Of a stretch of 64,000 bases of DNA, positions 1 to 10,546 are shown piece by piece. Under the pieces are notes generated by a model, which saw nothing but the letters and a program-made list of their open reading frames with translations, was not told the origin of the DNA and did not search any database. Location: NCBI GenBank assembly GCA_937625935.1, contig OW569364.1:1-64000 (forward strand), read 5' to 3'. The translations under genes and the position numbers were made by a program. Source of the DNA: Tetramitus jugosus. Its lineage: Eukaryota > Protista > Heterolobosea. How positions within the stretch are numbered: position 1 is the stretch's first letter; each line of letters starts with the position of its first letter.

Positions 1-555
<555 letters not shown>

Positions 556-883
556 CCCAAACCCAAACCCAAACCCAAACCCAAACCCAAACCCAAACCC
601 AAACCCAAACCCAAACCCAAACCCAAACCCAAACCCAAACCCAAACCCAAACCCAAACCCAAACCCAAACCCAAACCCAAACCCAAACCCAAACCCAAAC
701 CCAAACCCAAACCCAAACCCAAACCCAAACCCAAACCCAAACCCAAACCCAAACCCAAACCCAAACCCAAACCCAAACCCAAACCCAAACCCAAACCCAA
801 ACCCAAACCCAAACCCAAACCCAAACCCAAACCCAAACCCAAACCCAAACCCAAACCCAAACCCAAACCCAACCCCAACCCAA
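556..883. repeat. Telomeric repeat array (CCCAAA)n = (TTTGGG)n on the G-strand
   Basis: About 52 perfect CCCAAA units at 556-867, then variant CCCAA/CCCCAA units to 883. C-rich strand at the 5' contig end, as expected for a chromosome end. Confidence 0.93.
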
Positions 884-1602
884 CTAAGACGATATTCTCT
901 GAGAACAGAGTACAAGAAAGCTTGGAAGGACCATTCATCTTCAAGGTTGATAATTATGGCGTGAATTTACAGTACACCTGTTGCACATGCAACGATTACC
1001 TCAGTCACACAAGAATCTGCAAGCATATTAACGCTTGTTTGATTTACTTCGCAGTTAAACATGAGTTAAAAGATCTTCCAAAAACTGCTAATGAATTCCA
1101 TGATGGTATCTTTAGTATCATGGAACGGTATCAAACAGGACTACTGAGTCCAGGAAATAATTGTAGTCAACCTGGCAGGCCTAAAAATGTGTCTGAAAAT
1201 ACAAGAAAGGGACGACCCAAACTGGACAAAAGGTTACCGAGTTTTATAAATAATGTCACTCAAAACACATTCTATAAGGTGGTATGGATGGGTGATGAGG
1301 ATGAAAAATGGATTCGTGTAGAGGAGATGATGACGGCTAGATTCATGGCAAAACTGTTCTTGAGCGATTATGATGATTATCTCTCATCATTTGAAAGTGG
1401 GAAGATGAGTAAGAGGTCCGTATATGCCTTGTTTAAATCAAACAGACGCTATATGGTGGAGTTTAATGATAGTGACAAACATGAGGAAGTTTCTCAAGAA
1501 AATGTGGTGCCTTGTCGGTTCTTTTTAAATTGTTACTTATTTAATGCAATTCAGCTTTACTGCCGCTCCGTCAACCGTTACTGCCGCTCAGTTCCCTGCT
1601 AA
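884..1602 (+). pseudogene. 5'-truncated SWIM zinc-finger ORF (MULE/MuDR transposase-like C-terminus) with a chromodomain-like segment
   Basis: SWIM motif [15 protein letters not shown] and chromo-like [13 protein letters not shown]. The frame stays open into the telomere, with no ATG upstream of the SWIM motif. Confidence 0.55.
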
Positions 1603-1646
1603 GCTAAGGGTATTTCTCGGCACCGGGAGATGTTGGCGATAAAGTG

Positions 1647-3080
1647 CTAGAAAACATCACGAAGAAAATGAGGAAGACAATGAGAAGAGACTGCAATTTC
1701 CGTACGCCCTCTAACTTCCTTCACATGAGTTAGGAAAGTTATGGTCTGGGCTTAACACACGGAAACATAGTTGCTTTAATAGTTCGAGCTACCACCCTTC
1801 TATCTAATCTAAACAGCAGTCTTCAGAGCTGCTCTGAACCCATCACCACTCACATCAACAACCTATGCACAGACAAAATAGCTCAGGAACAGTCAAATTA
1901 CCGTACTGACCTATACACCACACAAATGAACAAACTGGGCTTATATATAGGCATTAACAACTCACACGAAATGAATCCAGGGATGGGAGCGTCCAGATAT
2001 TATATTCACCTCTGACCCCCTCCCTGCCTGTTTTGAATAAATTTGAATAACACGTTTTCGAACGTTACATTAATTCTCCTACTAGGATTGGGATCAAGAG
2101 ACCCCCTATGAATAAATATTTGAATAAATTTCTCAGACCCCCTCCCTAGGGGGCCTAAGAAATAATATCTGGACGCTCCCGATCAAGAATTTCAACCCCG
2201 ACATTTGGAACATTGAACAAATACCTGAACTTATCCGCCCCCAGATAAAGCACTGCTGGACCGATGCGGCATTTGACAGCAAGTGAACTCCTCCTCTCAG
2301 GCGGAAGCCTTAACCGCAGTTGTGGCTGGCACCTAATAACTCTAACATACTATTGATGTGCGACAACAAAACAAACTCCGTGAGGACCAAGATAAGTACT
2401 ACTGGACGGATGGATTTTTCTGTGATCCTGACATTCCGAAAACTGTACAGACACAGCACATCCCAATACTCCATCACAAGAGAAGGATACGTAACGTCCT
2501 CATTGATCAACATTCACCCCTACACATTCAACCACTGGAGGTCAAGCCTGTATCGACCCCAGGCTAGCAACATCCTTATGAAAGTAAGACTGGATGCTTT
2601 CTGATAGAACGGGAAGCAATACAATTCAAACCTGTATATGTGGAGAAGAAGCCACCATGCCCCGTATCATCACACAGTGTGTAAGGACTGAAGAACTTAG
2701 GCTCCTTACTGCACAATACCTACAAAACTGCCTCTGCATGGAAAACTTCGAGGTAGATCTCACCCTAGACTGGACCGAAGAGGAACCAACACCTCACCCT
2801 TATAGATTGGAGAGGCATCTTCTACAACAGCACCATCTCTAAACTCAACGAAACCCTCAGCGCAGGACTCAAGAAAGCCCTCACCCTCAAAGAAACAAGC
2901 TTCCTTATCAAACGGACACTCGACAACATCTCCGTAACACTCGCAGGATTTATTTACAATGCCTACAGGAAATGCATCCATCACTACCTACCCATAGACC
3001 CATAACCTAACCACCGAGAAAACACAGGGTAATTTGTTACCGATTAGCCGTCAAGGCAGAGCACTGTGTGACTCAATAAA
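1647..3080 (+). mobile_element. Decayed 5'-truncated non-LTR retrotransposon (RT thumb, RNase H-like start, C-terminal zinc knuckle)
   Basis: Manual translation gives TPSNFLHMS*ESYGLGL (P..LY.P...GGLGL thumb motif), IKHCWTDAAFD (RNase H-like TD motif) and CICGEEATMPRIITQC. Multiple stops and frameshifts; AATAAA at 3075-3080. Confidence 0.65.
1985..2180. mobile_element. MITE, 196 bp, 19-bp perfect TIRs, 3-bp TSD GAT
   Basis: GGGAGCGTCCAGATATTAT (1985-2003) and ATAATATCTGGACGCTCCC (2162-2180), with GAT at 1982-1984 and 2181-2183. Removing it restores the host reading frame. Confidence 0.88.
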
Positions 3081-3492
3081 AGAACTTTATATCAAGGAAT
3101 GACAGGAAAATTTTATGCCTCCTGTAATTTACAGAAACCGACGTTTATTTTTTATGTCAAATACCATGCACCCAATAACAGAACAATCATAACACATCAA
3201 TCGAGGTTGGTTGTTCTTGGTCGTTGAAGTAATTGGAAAGCTGTTTTGCTCGAGGCTATAGCTACAGAGAGACAACAAAAAAATTCAAGATTTCCTTCCA
3301 GCAATGCGCAACAATATTCGTATTTTGTACCGCACCCAGAAAGTTCAGTTTTGGTACTTCCCGAAGTCTCGGCCGAGCTCGGAATGAACATCAGGGCCTT
3401 CGGGTTCTAAATTCCCACGAATCCCTTGTCACGTTTACAACACGCCATTCCCTTATTCACACAAACGAAACAATAGCACCACAACAGCAAAA

Positions 3493-5574
3493 ATGAATGG
3501 TTTAAGACGTATTATTTCACACCGCCGTTTACCTGTGTTGCTACTATTGCTGCTGTTGTTTTTCTGTAGTGGAGGTTCTATTCAGGGATCTGAACTGGAG
3601 TTTATTAACTATCGTTTGGAAAGTGAATTTCGAGTCAATTCCAATACGATCGCTACTGATCAACAATCACCTGCTATTGCCTCATTCGCTACTAGTGGAG
3701 ACTTTATTATCGTATGGACTAATATTCAGACCAATAAAGATAGTGATATTTTTTTCCAACGCTTTTACAGTAATGGAACAAGACGAGGTATAGAAGAAAA
3801 AGTTAATACCAGTGCGTGGAATAAGAACAATGACAACCCAACCATTGCAGTCGTGGAAACTGGAAGCTTTTTTGTCGCTTGGGATGTGAATCTTGTCAAT
3901 CTATTCACTGGCTACAAACCTACTGGTGGAACTGTCCGGAACAACCATATGGTGAGTTTGAATAATTCTGGCAACAAGAGAAAAACAGCCGTGGCCGGTA
4001 GTTTGACCAACAATCGATTTCTATTTGTCTGGGAAACGACCATTCACGATGGAGATGGTTATGGTATATATGCGAGCCACTGGATGGACAATGGTGGTGT
4101 AGCTTTGATGCAAGATATTCCTGTTAATACTTACACTGCTGGTGACCAGACCAATGCAGACATTTGCAGTCTAAGTGATGGAGGTTATGTTGCTGTTTGG
4201 CAGAGTACTGGTCAAGATGGTGATGGAAATGGAATATACGCCAAGCGTTTCAATGAAATAGCCCAAGAGCAAGGTGGTGAGTTTCGGGTCAATACTAGAA
4301 CAGCTGGCAATCAAATTTCTCCTGCTGTTGCTGGTCTTAGCGGTGGTGGATTTGTGATTGTGTGGCAAAGTAATATCCATGATGGAGATGGTGATGGTAT
4401 CTTTGGGCAGCGATATACTGCATCCGGTGTCGCTCAAGGGAGTGAATTTCAGGTCAACACTTTTACCATTGACGCTCAAACGAATCCAAATGTTGCAAGT
4501 GTGACTGATGGTGGCTTTGTAGTCACTTGGCAGAGTAACAAGCAAGATGGCGATGATTTGGGTGTTTATGCTCAACGATTCGATGCAAGTGGTAGCAAAC
4601 TGGGCAGAGAATTTCAAGTGAACACGAATACTACTGGCAATCAGCAATTTCCTGTCGTCACTGGTCTAAAAGATGGTAATTTTGTCATCAGTTGGCAAAG
4701 TGCTACTGGCATTTATGGTCAGATGTTTGCTGGAGTATGGCATCCAGGTTCCACACTCAACCAACAATCTTTAACTGTGTATCAAAGTGAAACAATCATA
4801 CTGAACAGCACTTTATTGAGTGCTTCCGATCACATGATAGATAACAACACCTTGTTATTCATGGTCAATAATGTTGAATATTGTCAGTTTGAACGAGTTT
4901 CACAACCTGGCATTGCTATATCCAACTTTACTCAACAAGCAGTGATTGCCGGTGAGATACAGTTGGTGCATGATGGTAGTTTTAATGCACCAAGCTATCA
5001 AGTGAGTGTGAGCAATGGCTATTTGAGCACAACGCCACAAGAAGCTACCATTTATTTTCGCATAGTGCCGTGGTTGGTTACTCTTCAGCTATCGGTAAAA
5101 CCAGGAAAAACGGTTGTGCTTGGTTCCTCACATTTCCAAGCCAGTTATGGAGACGCATCACCTGGTGAGTTGGTCTATACGGTCAGTCAAGTGCAGCATG
5201 GAAGATTTGTGTTGACGAGTGATCGCAATATCGTTATCACTCAATTTACTCAACTGCAGATTGACAAGGGTGAAATACAGTTTGTGCACGACGGAAGTCA
5301 AGAAAATCCAAGCTTTATTGCATGGGTGAGCAATGGTCCATATCAATCATCAGAGTACACTGTAACCGTATCTTTTGACTTACCAACTACAGAGAATTCG
5401 GTCCGCAAAAAGAGTGCCATCATCGGTGGAGTAGTTGGTGGTGTTGGTGGCTGTCTTGCACTAAGCTGTTGTGTTGCTGTCACTGTTGCATTAATGGGTC
5501 TGTGTGTGGTCAAGAACAAGAAGAAGCCAGTAAAGAAAGTTGACTTGGAGAAGGGTATCGAAATGGTGGGATAA
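3493..5574 (+). CDS. Type I membrane surface protein: signal peptide, bacterial-type EFxVNT..T.G.Q..P.VA.L..GGFVVVWQS repeats, two CSPG/cadherin-like repeats, C-terminal TM
   Basis: 693-aa intronless ORF with repeated GGFV(I/V)xWQS..(Q/H)DG motifs, FTQ..I..G.IQ(L/F)VHDGS twice, and a hydrophobic segment followed by KNKKK. Confidence 0.8.
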   Translation: MNGLRRIISHRRLPVLLLLLLLFFCSGGSIQGSELEFINYRLESEFRVNSNTIATDQQSPAIASFATSGDFIIVWTNIQTNKDSDIFFQRFYSNGTRRGIEEKVNTSAWNKNNDNPTIAVVETGSFFVAWDVNLVNLFTGYKPTGGTVRNNHMVSLNNSGNKRKTAVAGSLTNNRFLFVWETTIHDGDGYGIYASHWMDNGGVALMQDIPVNTYTAGDQTNADICSLSDGGYVAVWQSTGQDGDGNGIYAKRFNEIAQEQGGEFRVNTRTAGNQISPAVAGLSGGGFVIVWQSNIHDGDGDGIFGQRYTASGVAQGSEFQVNTFTIDAQTNPNVASVTDGGFVVTWQSNKQDGDDLGVYAQRFDASGSKLGREFQVNTNTTGNQQFPVVTGLKDGNFVISWQSATGIYGQMFAGVWHPGSTLNQQSLTVYQSETIILNSTLLSASDHMIDNNTLLFMVNNVEYCQFERVSQPGIAISNFTQQAVIAGEIQLVHDGSFNAPSYQVSVSNGYLSTTPQEATIYFRIVPWLVTLQLSVKPGKTVVLGSSHFQASYGDASPGELVYTVSQVQHGRFVLTSDRNIVITQFTQLQIDKGEIQFVHDGSQENPSFIAWVSNGPYQSSEYTVTVSFDLPTTENSVRKKSAIIGGVVGGVGGCLALSCCVAVTVALMGLCVVKNKKKPVKKVDLEKGIEMVG

Positions 5575-5973
5575 AATAACCATTCTATCGGTGGACAATC
5601 ATGGACAGTCTTTGGTCAATTACTTGCCAATGATCCAGGAAGGATGGAAGCGTATGAGGTGTTGGAGAGAGATTTAACCTTCAATCGGGTTTTTGATTTG
5701 TCCCTGCTGGGGATAGTGGTGAGTCTGGGCAAAGATCAGACAAAAGAACAAGCCGATGTGGAAAACTGAAGTCTGGACTGCCAGACATGCACAAAGAATA
5801 AATCAAGGTAATCTTGTTTTAGCACCCAAACAACCTTTATTCAAGAGTTAAAAAGGAAAATTTTAGGTCATCCAAGTTACAAAAATTGTATTCACGTAAC
5901 ACCATGTAGATCGCTGCTTACAGAGTTAGTAGGTATAATTTTTTCATTTACTAGTAATATCCCAACAAACAAA

Positions 5974-7734
5974 ATGAAATCAATACTCATTGCATTCTAT
6001 TTGATTATTATTATTTGGTGTGTTAGTAGTGCACCATATCCCTCGAGTTACCAGTGGATCACTGGTAACTTACCAAACTTTGAAATTTCCTCTGCTACTC
6101 AAGACGATCAAACTGTGGATCGTTCAGGTAATGTATATATCATTGGTCACTATACTAGTTCTATCAACTTTGGATCTGCATCACCTCCTCTCTCCGGAGG
6201 TCATTTTGGTGTGTATGTGGTCAAAATTAGTTCTGCTGGAGCCTTTTTGTGGACTCTGTATATCACAGCTGCCCCAGATGATAATGTAATTGGATCATCA
6301 GTTGTTGTTGATAACAATCAAAATGTATTTATCTCAGGATCTATCACTGGTAGCGCTATTTTCTCCAATGACCCAAATACAGTTGGTCCATTGATTGGGG
6401 GTTCAACCTTTTTAGTTAAGCTTGATCCCAGTGGAGTACCTGTAGCTAAGAGAATTGGAACTGCATCTCCACCAAAACTCAGTATTGATTCATTGAATAA
6501 TATCTATGCTGCTGGACCGTTCGCTGTATCAGTCAGTTTTGGAGTGGATACTACCACTTTGACTGCTAGTTTATCAGCATTCTACCTCTACAAGTTTACG
6601 TCTACACTTGGCTTTTTGTCTGGAACTTCTTCGGATGATAGTACAACATCCATGTCAGATGTGAATATTGATACCAATACAAATGGAGAATCATGTGTTG
6701 TTGGTACATTCAGAGGAAGTTTGAAAGTTGATGCATTGCCGATCATCGTTTCATCTGGAACAGTTTCTGCTTTTGTTGTAAAATACAATTCGGCTCAAGT
6801 CCCTCAGTATTTAACATTACTTAGCTCCACCAATTTAGTCAGAGGAGGAGGAGTTCATATTGATACTGCTGGAAACTGCTACATATCTGGAAGTTTTCAG
6901 AATTCTCTATCCTTAGGATCTTTCGTGGCCACATCTGAAACTGGATTTTCATACTATTTTTCAAAGCTTAATTCAGCAGGCACCCCCTTGTTTATGACTA
7001 CATCCCAAGGCGTCAGTGTCCAAGTAAGTACTGATATTGATTGTAATAGTGCGGGCACATGCTACATGACAGGACTGATAGATTCATCTGCAGCAAGTGG
7101 AGGAACATTCCAATTTGGCAGCTTTATTTATCATTATGTTGGTTCAGGACTTTTCGTGGTAATGGTGGTTAGGTTTAATCCCTCGGGTGGTGTAGATTAT
7201 ATTGTGAACGGTGATAGTCCAGATCTTGGTGGTCTGAGTTATGGTATTTCTCTTAATCTGGACACAGCTGGAGCCATAGTTGTTGGGGGAGGTCTCAGAG
7301 GTCAACTCAATTTTGGAACACTTAATTTCGTCATTTTGACTGCTGCTGCAACTAATAATTTTGTGTTGAAGTTTACTGACAGCAATAGATGTCCATTGTG
7401 CATAGCTCCTAACAATAACTGCTGCAATTTAGCAAATGGAAATGGAATATGCTACAGCACTTCGGTGTACTCTTGCACTAGTCAGGGAGTTCTCTGTCCA
7501 TCAGGGACCTTATCATGTGGACCATCTTGCTACAATCCATCTATTCATACATGTTTGAGTGGAAATTTCCTCTGTCCTGTCAACCAGCTCAGATGTGGAA
7601 CTGCATGCTATTCATCCCAAATCTACTCGTGTATTGATGGACAGCTCTGTCCATTAGGACAACTAACTTGTGGAAATGCTTGCTACAAACCAAATCTTTT
7701 TAAATGTTTGAATGGGGTTTTGATACCAGTGTAA
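5974..7734 (+). CDS. Secreted beta-propeller (SBBP-like repeats) protein with C-terminal Cys-rich CBM52-like repeats
   Basis: Signal peptide, recurring D..GN.YI.G.F motifs, and terminal CGxxCYxPxxxxC repeats. Confidence 0.75.
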   Translation: MKSILIAFYLIIIIWCVSSAPYPSSYQWITGNLPNFEISSATQDDQTVDRSGNVYIIGHYTSSINFGSASPPLSGGHFGVYVVKISSAGAFLWTLYITAAPDDNVIGSSVVVDNNQNVFISGSITGSAIFSNDPNTVGPLIGGSTFLVKLDPSGVPVAKRIGTASPPKLSIDSLNNIYAAGPFAVSVSFGVDTTTLTASLSAFYLYKFTSTLGFLSGTSSDDSTTSMSDVNIDTNTNGESCVVGTFRGSLKVDALPIIVSSGTVSAFVVKYNSAQVPQYLTLLSSTNLVRGGGVHIDTAGNCYISGSFQNSLSLGSFVATSETGFSYYFSKLNSAGTPLFMTTSQGVSVQVSTDIDCNSAGTCYMTGLIDSSAASGGTFQFGSFIYHYVGSGLFVVMVVRFNPSGGVDYIVNGDSPDLGGLSYGISLNLDTAGAIVVGGGLRGQLNFGTLNFVILTAAATNNFVLKFTDSNRCPLCIAPNNNCCNLANGNGICYSTSVYSCTSQGVLCPSGTLSCGPSCYNPSIHTCLSGNFLCPVNQLRCGTACYSSQIYSCIDGQLCPLGQLTCGNACYKPNLFKCLNGVLIPV

Positions 7735-7841
7735 AAATATGTTTTTCGGTAGAGTCCACTCAACGAATTGAAAGCATTCAAGAAGCAACAATCATGTACA
7801 GGAACAAACAATAAAGTTCTTTATGAAAAAAATGGTTGCTC

Positions 7842-9677
7842 TCACAATTTTGTAAACCGGAAGTAACTGTCAGAAAGAATAACTTTGACTTGCTTCTCCA
7901 AGGAATCAAACAAGTCCAGTTGTCCGTATGCCTGCTCTATTTGACTGGATGATTGACTGAGGATGTTGAGTGGCAAGTTCAACTGTTTCTTAGAGCCTGG
8001 CTCCACGAAATTGCTCAGGATTTCTCGTTGAATTTCGATCCGATCCAAGACATTCGCGCACTTCTTGTACTTTTGGGTCATGTCTAGGAATTCCAGATTT
8101 TCGCCACACATCTCCAATTCACAAAAGGATTTGAAACGAGAGAGAAATTCTGGATCCATCAAACTTTGGTCGAGCAGCGATACTCGGTTATAATCTGCTT
8201 CCACAAAGGAGAATAGTTGTTGGTTGGATGAATCTTTTTCTGAGTTCTCCTCGAAAACGAGAATGCAGTACTGACCATCATCATTTGCCACAGTACTCCT
8301 TATTTGCAATTTCTTTTCAGACTGTGAGAATGGGTGACGTATAGTAACTTGAGATTGATCTTGCTCGCCTTTGAAAAACTCTCTCTCCACATCCATCACG
8401 CCCACGAGATACTGCTGAACTTCTCCCCGAGAGTCAGAATCTGTGATAGCACAGATACGATCGAACACTTGATTCGCCTTCATGATTTGACCTCTTCTGT
8501 TAATCACACATACTCCATCTGATATGAGATTGAGAATACGACGAGTTAAGTGCTCCTCTGATGCCATTCGACTGAACATATCATTCAATTGGTCTACCGA
8601 GGATTGTACCTTTCTCTTCTCTTGTTCTATTTGCATCATTGATTTGCGCAAGTCACCAGATCGTTTCCTACTGGAGAATGATGCAATGATAAGCATGAGG
8701 AAGCAAGTAGCAGATGTAAGCATCGAAACTACCATCGTCATATCATAGTTAGACATGCTAACTCCAGGTTTACCCTTCTTTATGGCCACATGATGGTAAG
8801 TGACGGAGGCCATTCCAGTGTAGTGCATTCCAGAAACAGCCACACCAGCAACCAATGAACTCAGAATTTGCTGATACTCATTTCTCACAGCAAAAGCTAT
8901 CCACAGAGCTGCACAGGACGCCAAGTAAGCAATGATAACTGATGCAACAATAACACCAGGATGCCACACTCGAACTGTGCCTTCAATTTGAGTAGCAAGC
9001 ATTCCAATGTAATGCATCGTACAAATACCGGCAGCTGCGAACAGGGCTCCAATTAAAATCTGAGCAATATGTGGTCTGAACTCATCACCAATCACACTGG
9101 CAATCATAAATCTTTTTAGTCTACGGAGTCGGCCTTCCTTTTTTCTTCGCATACGCTCCTCTATATTCTCTATGATTGTGGAGTCATGAGAGGATGATGC
9201 TTCACTCTTTCTGAGAGGATTCTCAGTCCAACACAAGGAGAATGGAAACCATGCCAACATTCGAAACTTTGGAACAAATAATTGAATCGTAGTGCAGATG
9301 AATCCAAAAAAACAGGCCACAAATGGCACAATGGCACTCGTGACAGTAAGTGCAACGTTATAAGTAATGTTCAATCGTTGCCCATTGTTTCGATGGCTGA
9401 AACAGACAGTACCCACAAAGTGCATGGACCAAATAGCACACAGACTCATGGAGATGGAGGCACAAATGACGAATATCAGTCTCTTGATCCTTGAAACGGC
9501 ATACCTTGTTTCATGGATCATTTGGAAGGCGGTAAATGAGCCCAAAACACTAATAAAGTAACTCATTACAACAAAAAGTGCATTGGCACTGATGAACACG
9601 TGAGAAGAGTTGTTCACTTCTTCTGAGGCTGTGCCGTTGTTAGAATCGGCGTAGAAGTGATGATGGTTGTGAAACAT
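7842..9677 (-). CDS. MHYT membrane sensor - PAS - RGS domain protein
   Basis: IWSMHFVG, ICTMHYIGM and VSGMHYTGM MHYT motifs; PAS start ISDGVCVINRRGQIMKAN; RGS signature FKSFCELEMCGENLEFL...QLNL...SDSYFRF. Confidence 0.88.
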   Translation of the reverse strand: MFHNHHHFYADSNNGTASEEVNNSSHVFISANALFVVMSYFISVLGSFTAFQMIHETRYAVSRIKRLIFVICASISMSLCAIWSMHFVGTVCFSHRNNGQRLNITYNVALTVTSAIVPFVACFFGFICTTIQLFVPKFRMLAWFPFSLCWTENPLRKSEASSSHDSTIIENIEERMRRKKEGRLRRLKRFMIASVIGDEFRPHIAQILIGALFAAAGICTMHYIGMLATQIEGTVRVWHPGVIVASVIIAYLASCAALWIAFAVRNEYQQILSSLVAGVAVSGMHYTGMASVTYHHVAIKKGKPGVSMSNYDMTMVVSMLTSATCFLMLIIASFSSRKRSGDLRKSMMQIEQEKRKVQSSVDQLNDMFSRMASEEHLTRRILNLISDGVCVINRRGQIMKANQVFDRICAITDSDSRGEVQQYLVGVMDVEREFFKGEQDQSQVTIRHPFSQSEKKLQIRSTVANDDGQYCILVFEENSEKDSSNQQLFSFVEADYNRVSLLDQSLMDPEFLSRFKSFCELEMCGENLEFLDMTQKYKKCANVLDRIEIQREILSNFVEPGSKKQLNLPLNILSQSSSQIEQAYGQLDLFDSLEKQVKVILSDSYFRFTKL

Positions 9678-10546
9678 CGATCCGATAAGAGGTTAGTGAG
9701 GAGTGGTTGTGGTGTTGTGTGGTTGTTGCTGTGTGTTCGATAGCGCAAAGCTTTGGAAGTTGATGTACTTGTGTGTGGATTATCACGCGTAAAGGTATTC
9801 GTGGTGTGTGGCCAAAGGGTGTTTCCGAATGACAGTGACACTCTGGAAAAATGCCATCAAAGAGACCAATTCCTGGCATATGGACAAATGGAGTCGAAGG
9901 GTGTTCGGAAAATACGAATAGGGTGTTCCTCGGAAAAATCAATTGCCTTGGTATTGAACACCAAGCTCACAATTAGGCCTTTTAAGGTTTTACAGTAGAG
10001 ATTTGGCTCAATTTCCGTTCGTAATGTGGTCTTCAATTTATTGTTACAATCGCTCCCATTGGTATCCATACGAGAGAAGTATGAAAATGCTGCAGGTTGA
10101 TTACCTCAGGATAGGTAGTCAAAAACGAGAAGGCTTTATCTGTAACTTGACCACATAAAGCCATGTAGCTTATGAACTCCAATGAGGTTTGAGAAAGCAT
10201 CAGTAACACGCTGAGGACAGCCAAATATGTCGAGAGTGAGCGTGTTATGACAATACTGTGATCATTTGCCCGAAAGCAATGACTGACATTGAACAATCTG
10301 CCCGACACATGGAAATATCTTTCAATTGCATCACCTCCTAATTTCTAGTGTTCTGTTTTGAATGAGTTTCTTTGAGAGCTTGAAGCGGTTCATTGTTTTG
10401 CATCTATAACATATGATGGAATGGGTGTCGGGGTGGTTGTCATATTTGTTCTTTTTCGGTGCCACCCAAAGTGAATTGGATCCGTTTTGATTGGAGATGT
10501 CCAATCAGGACTAAATTAACAAACTAAGGATGAGAAAAAATGTTGT

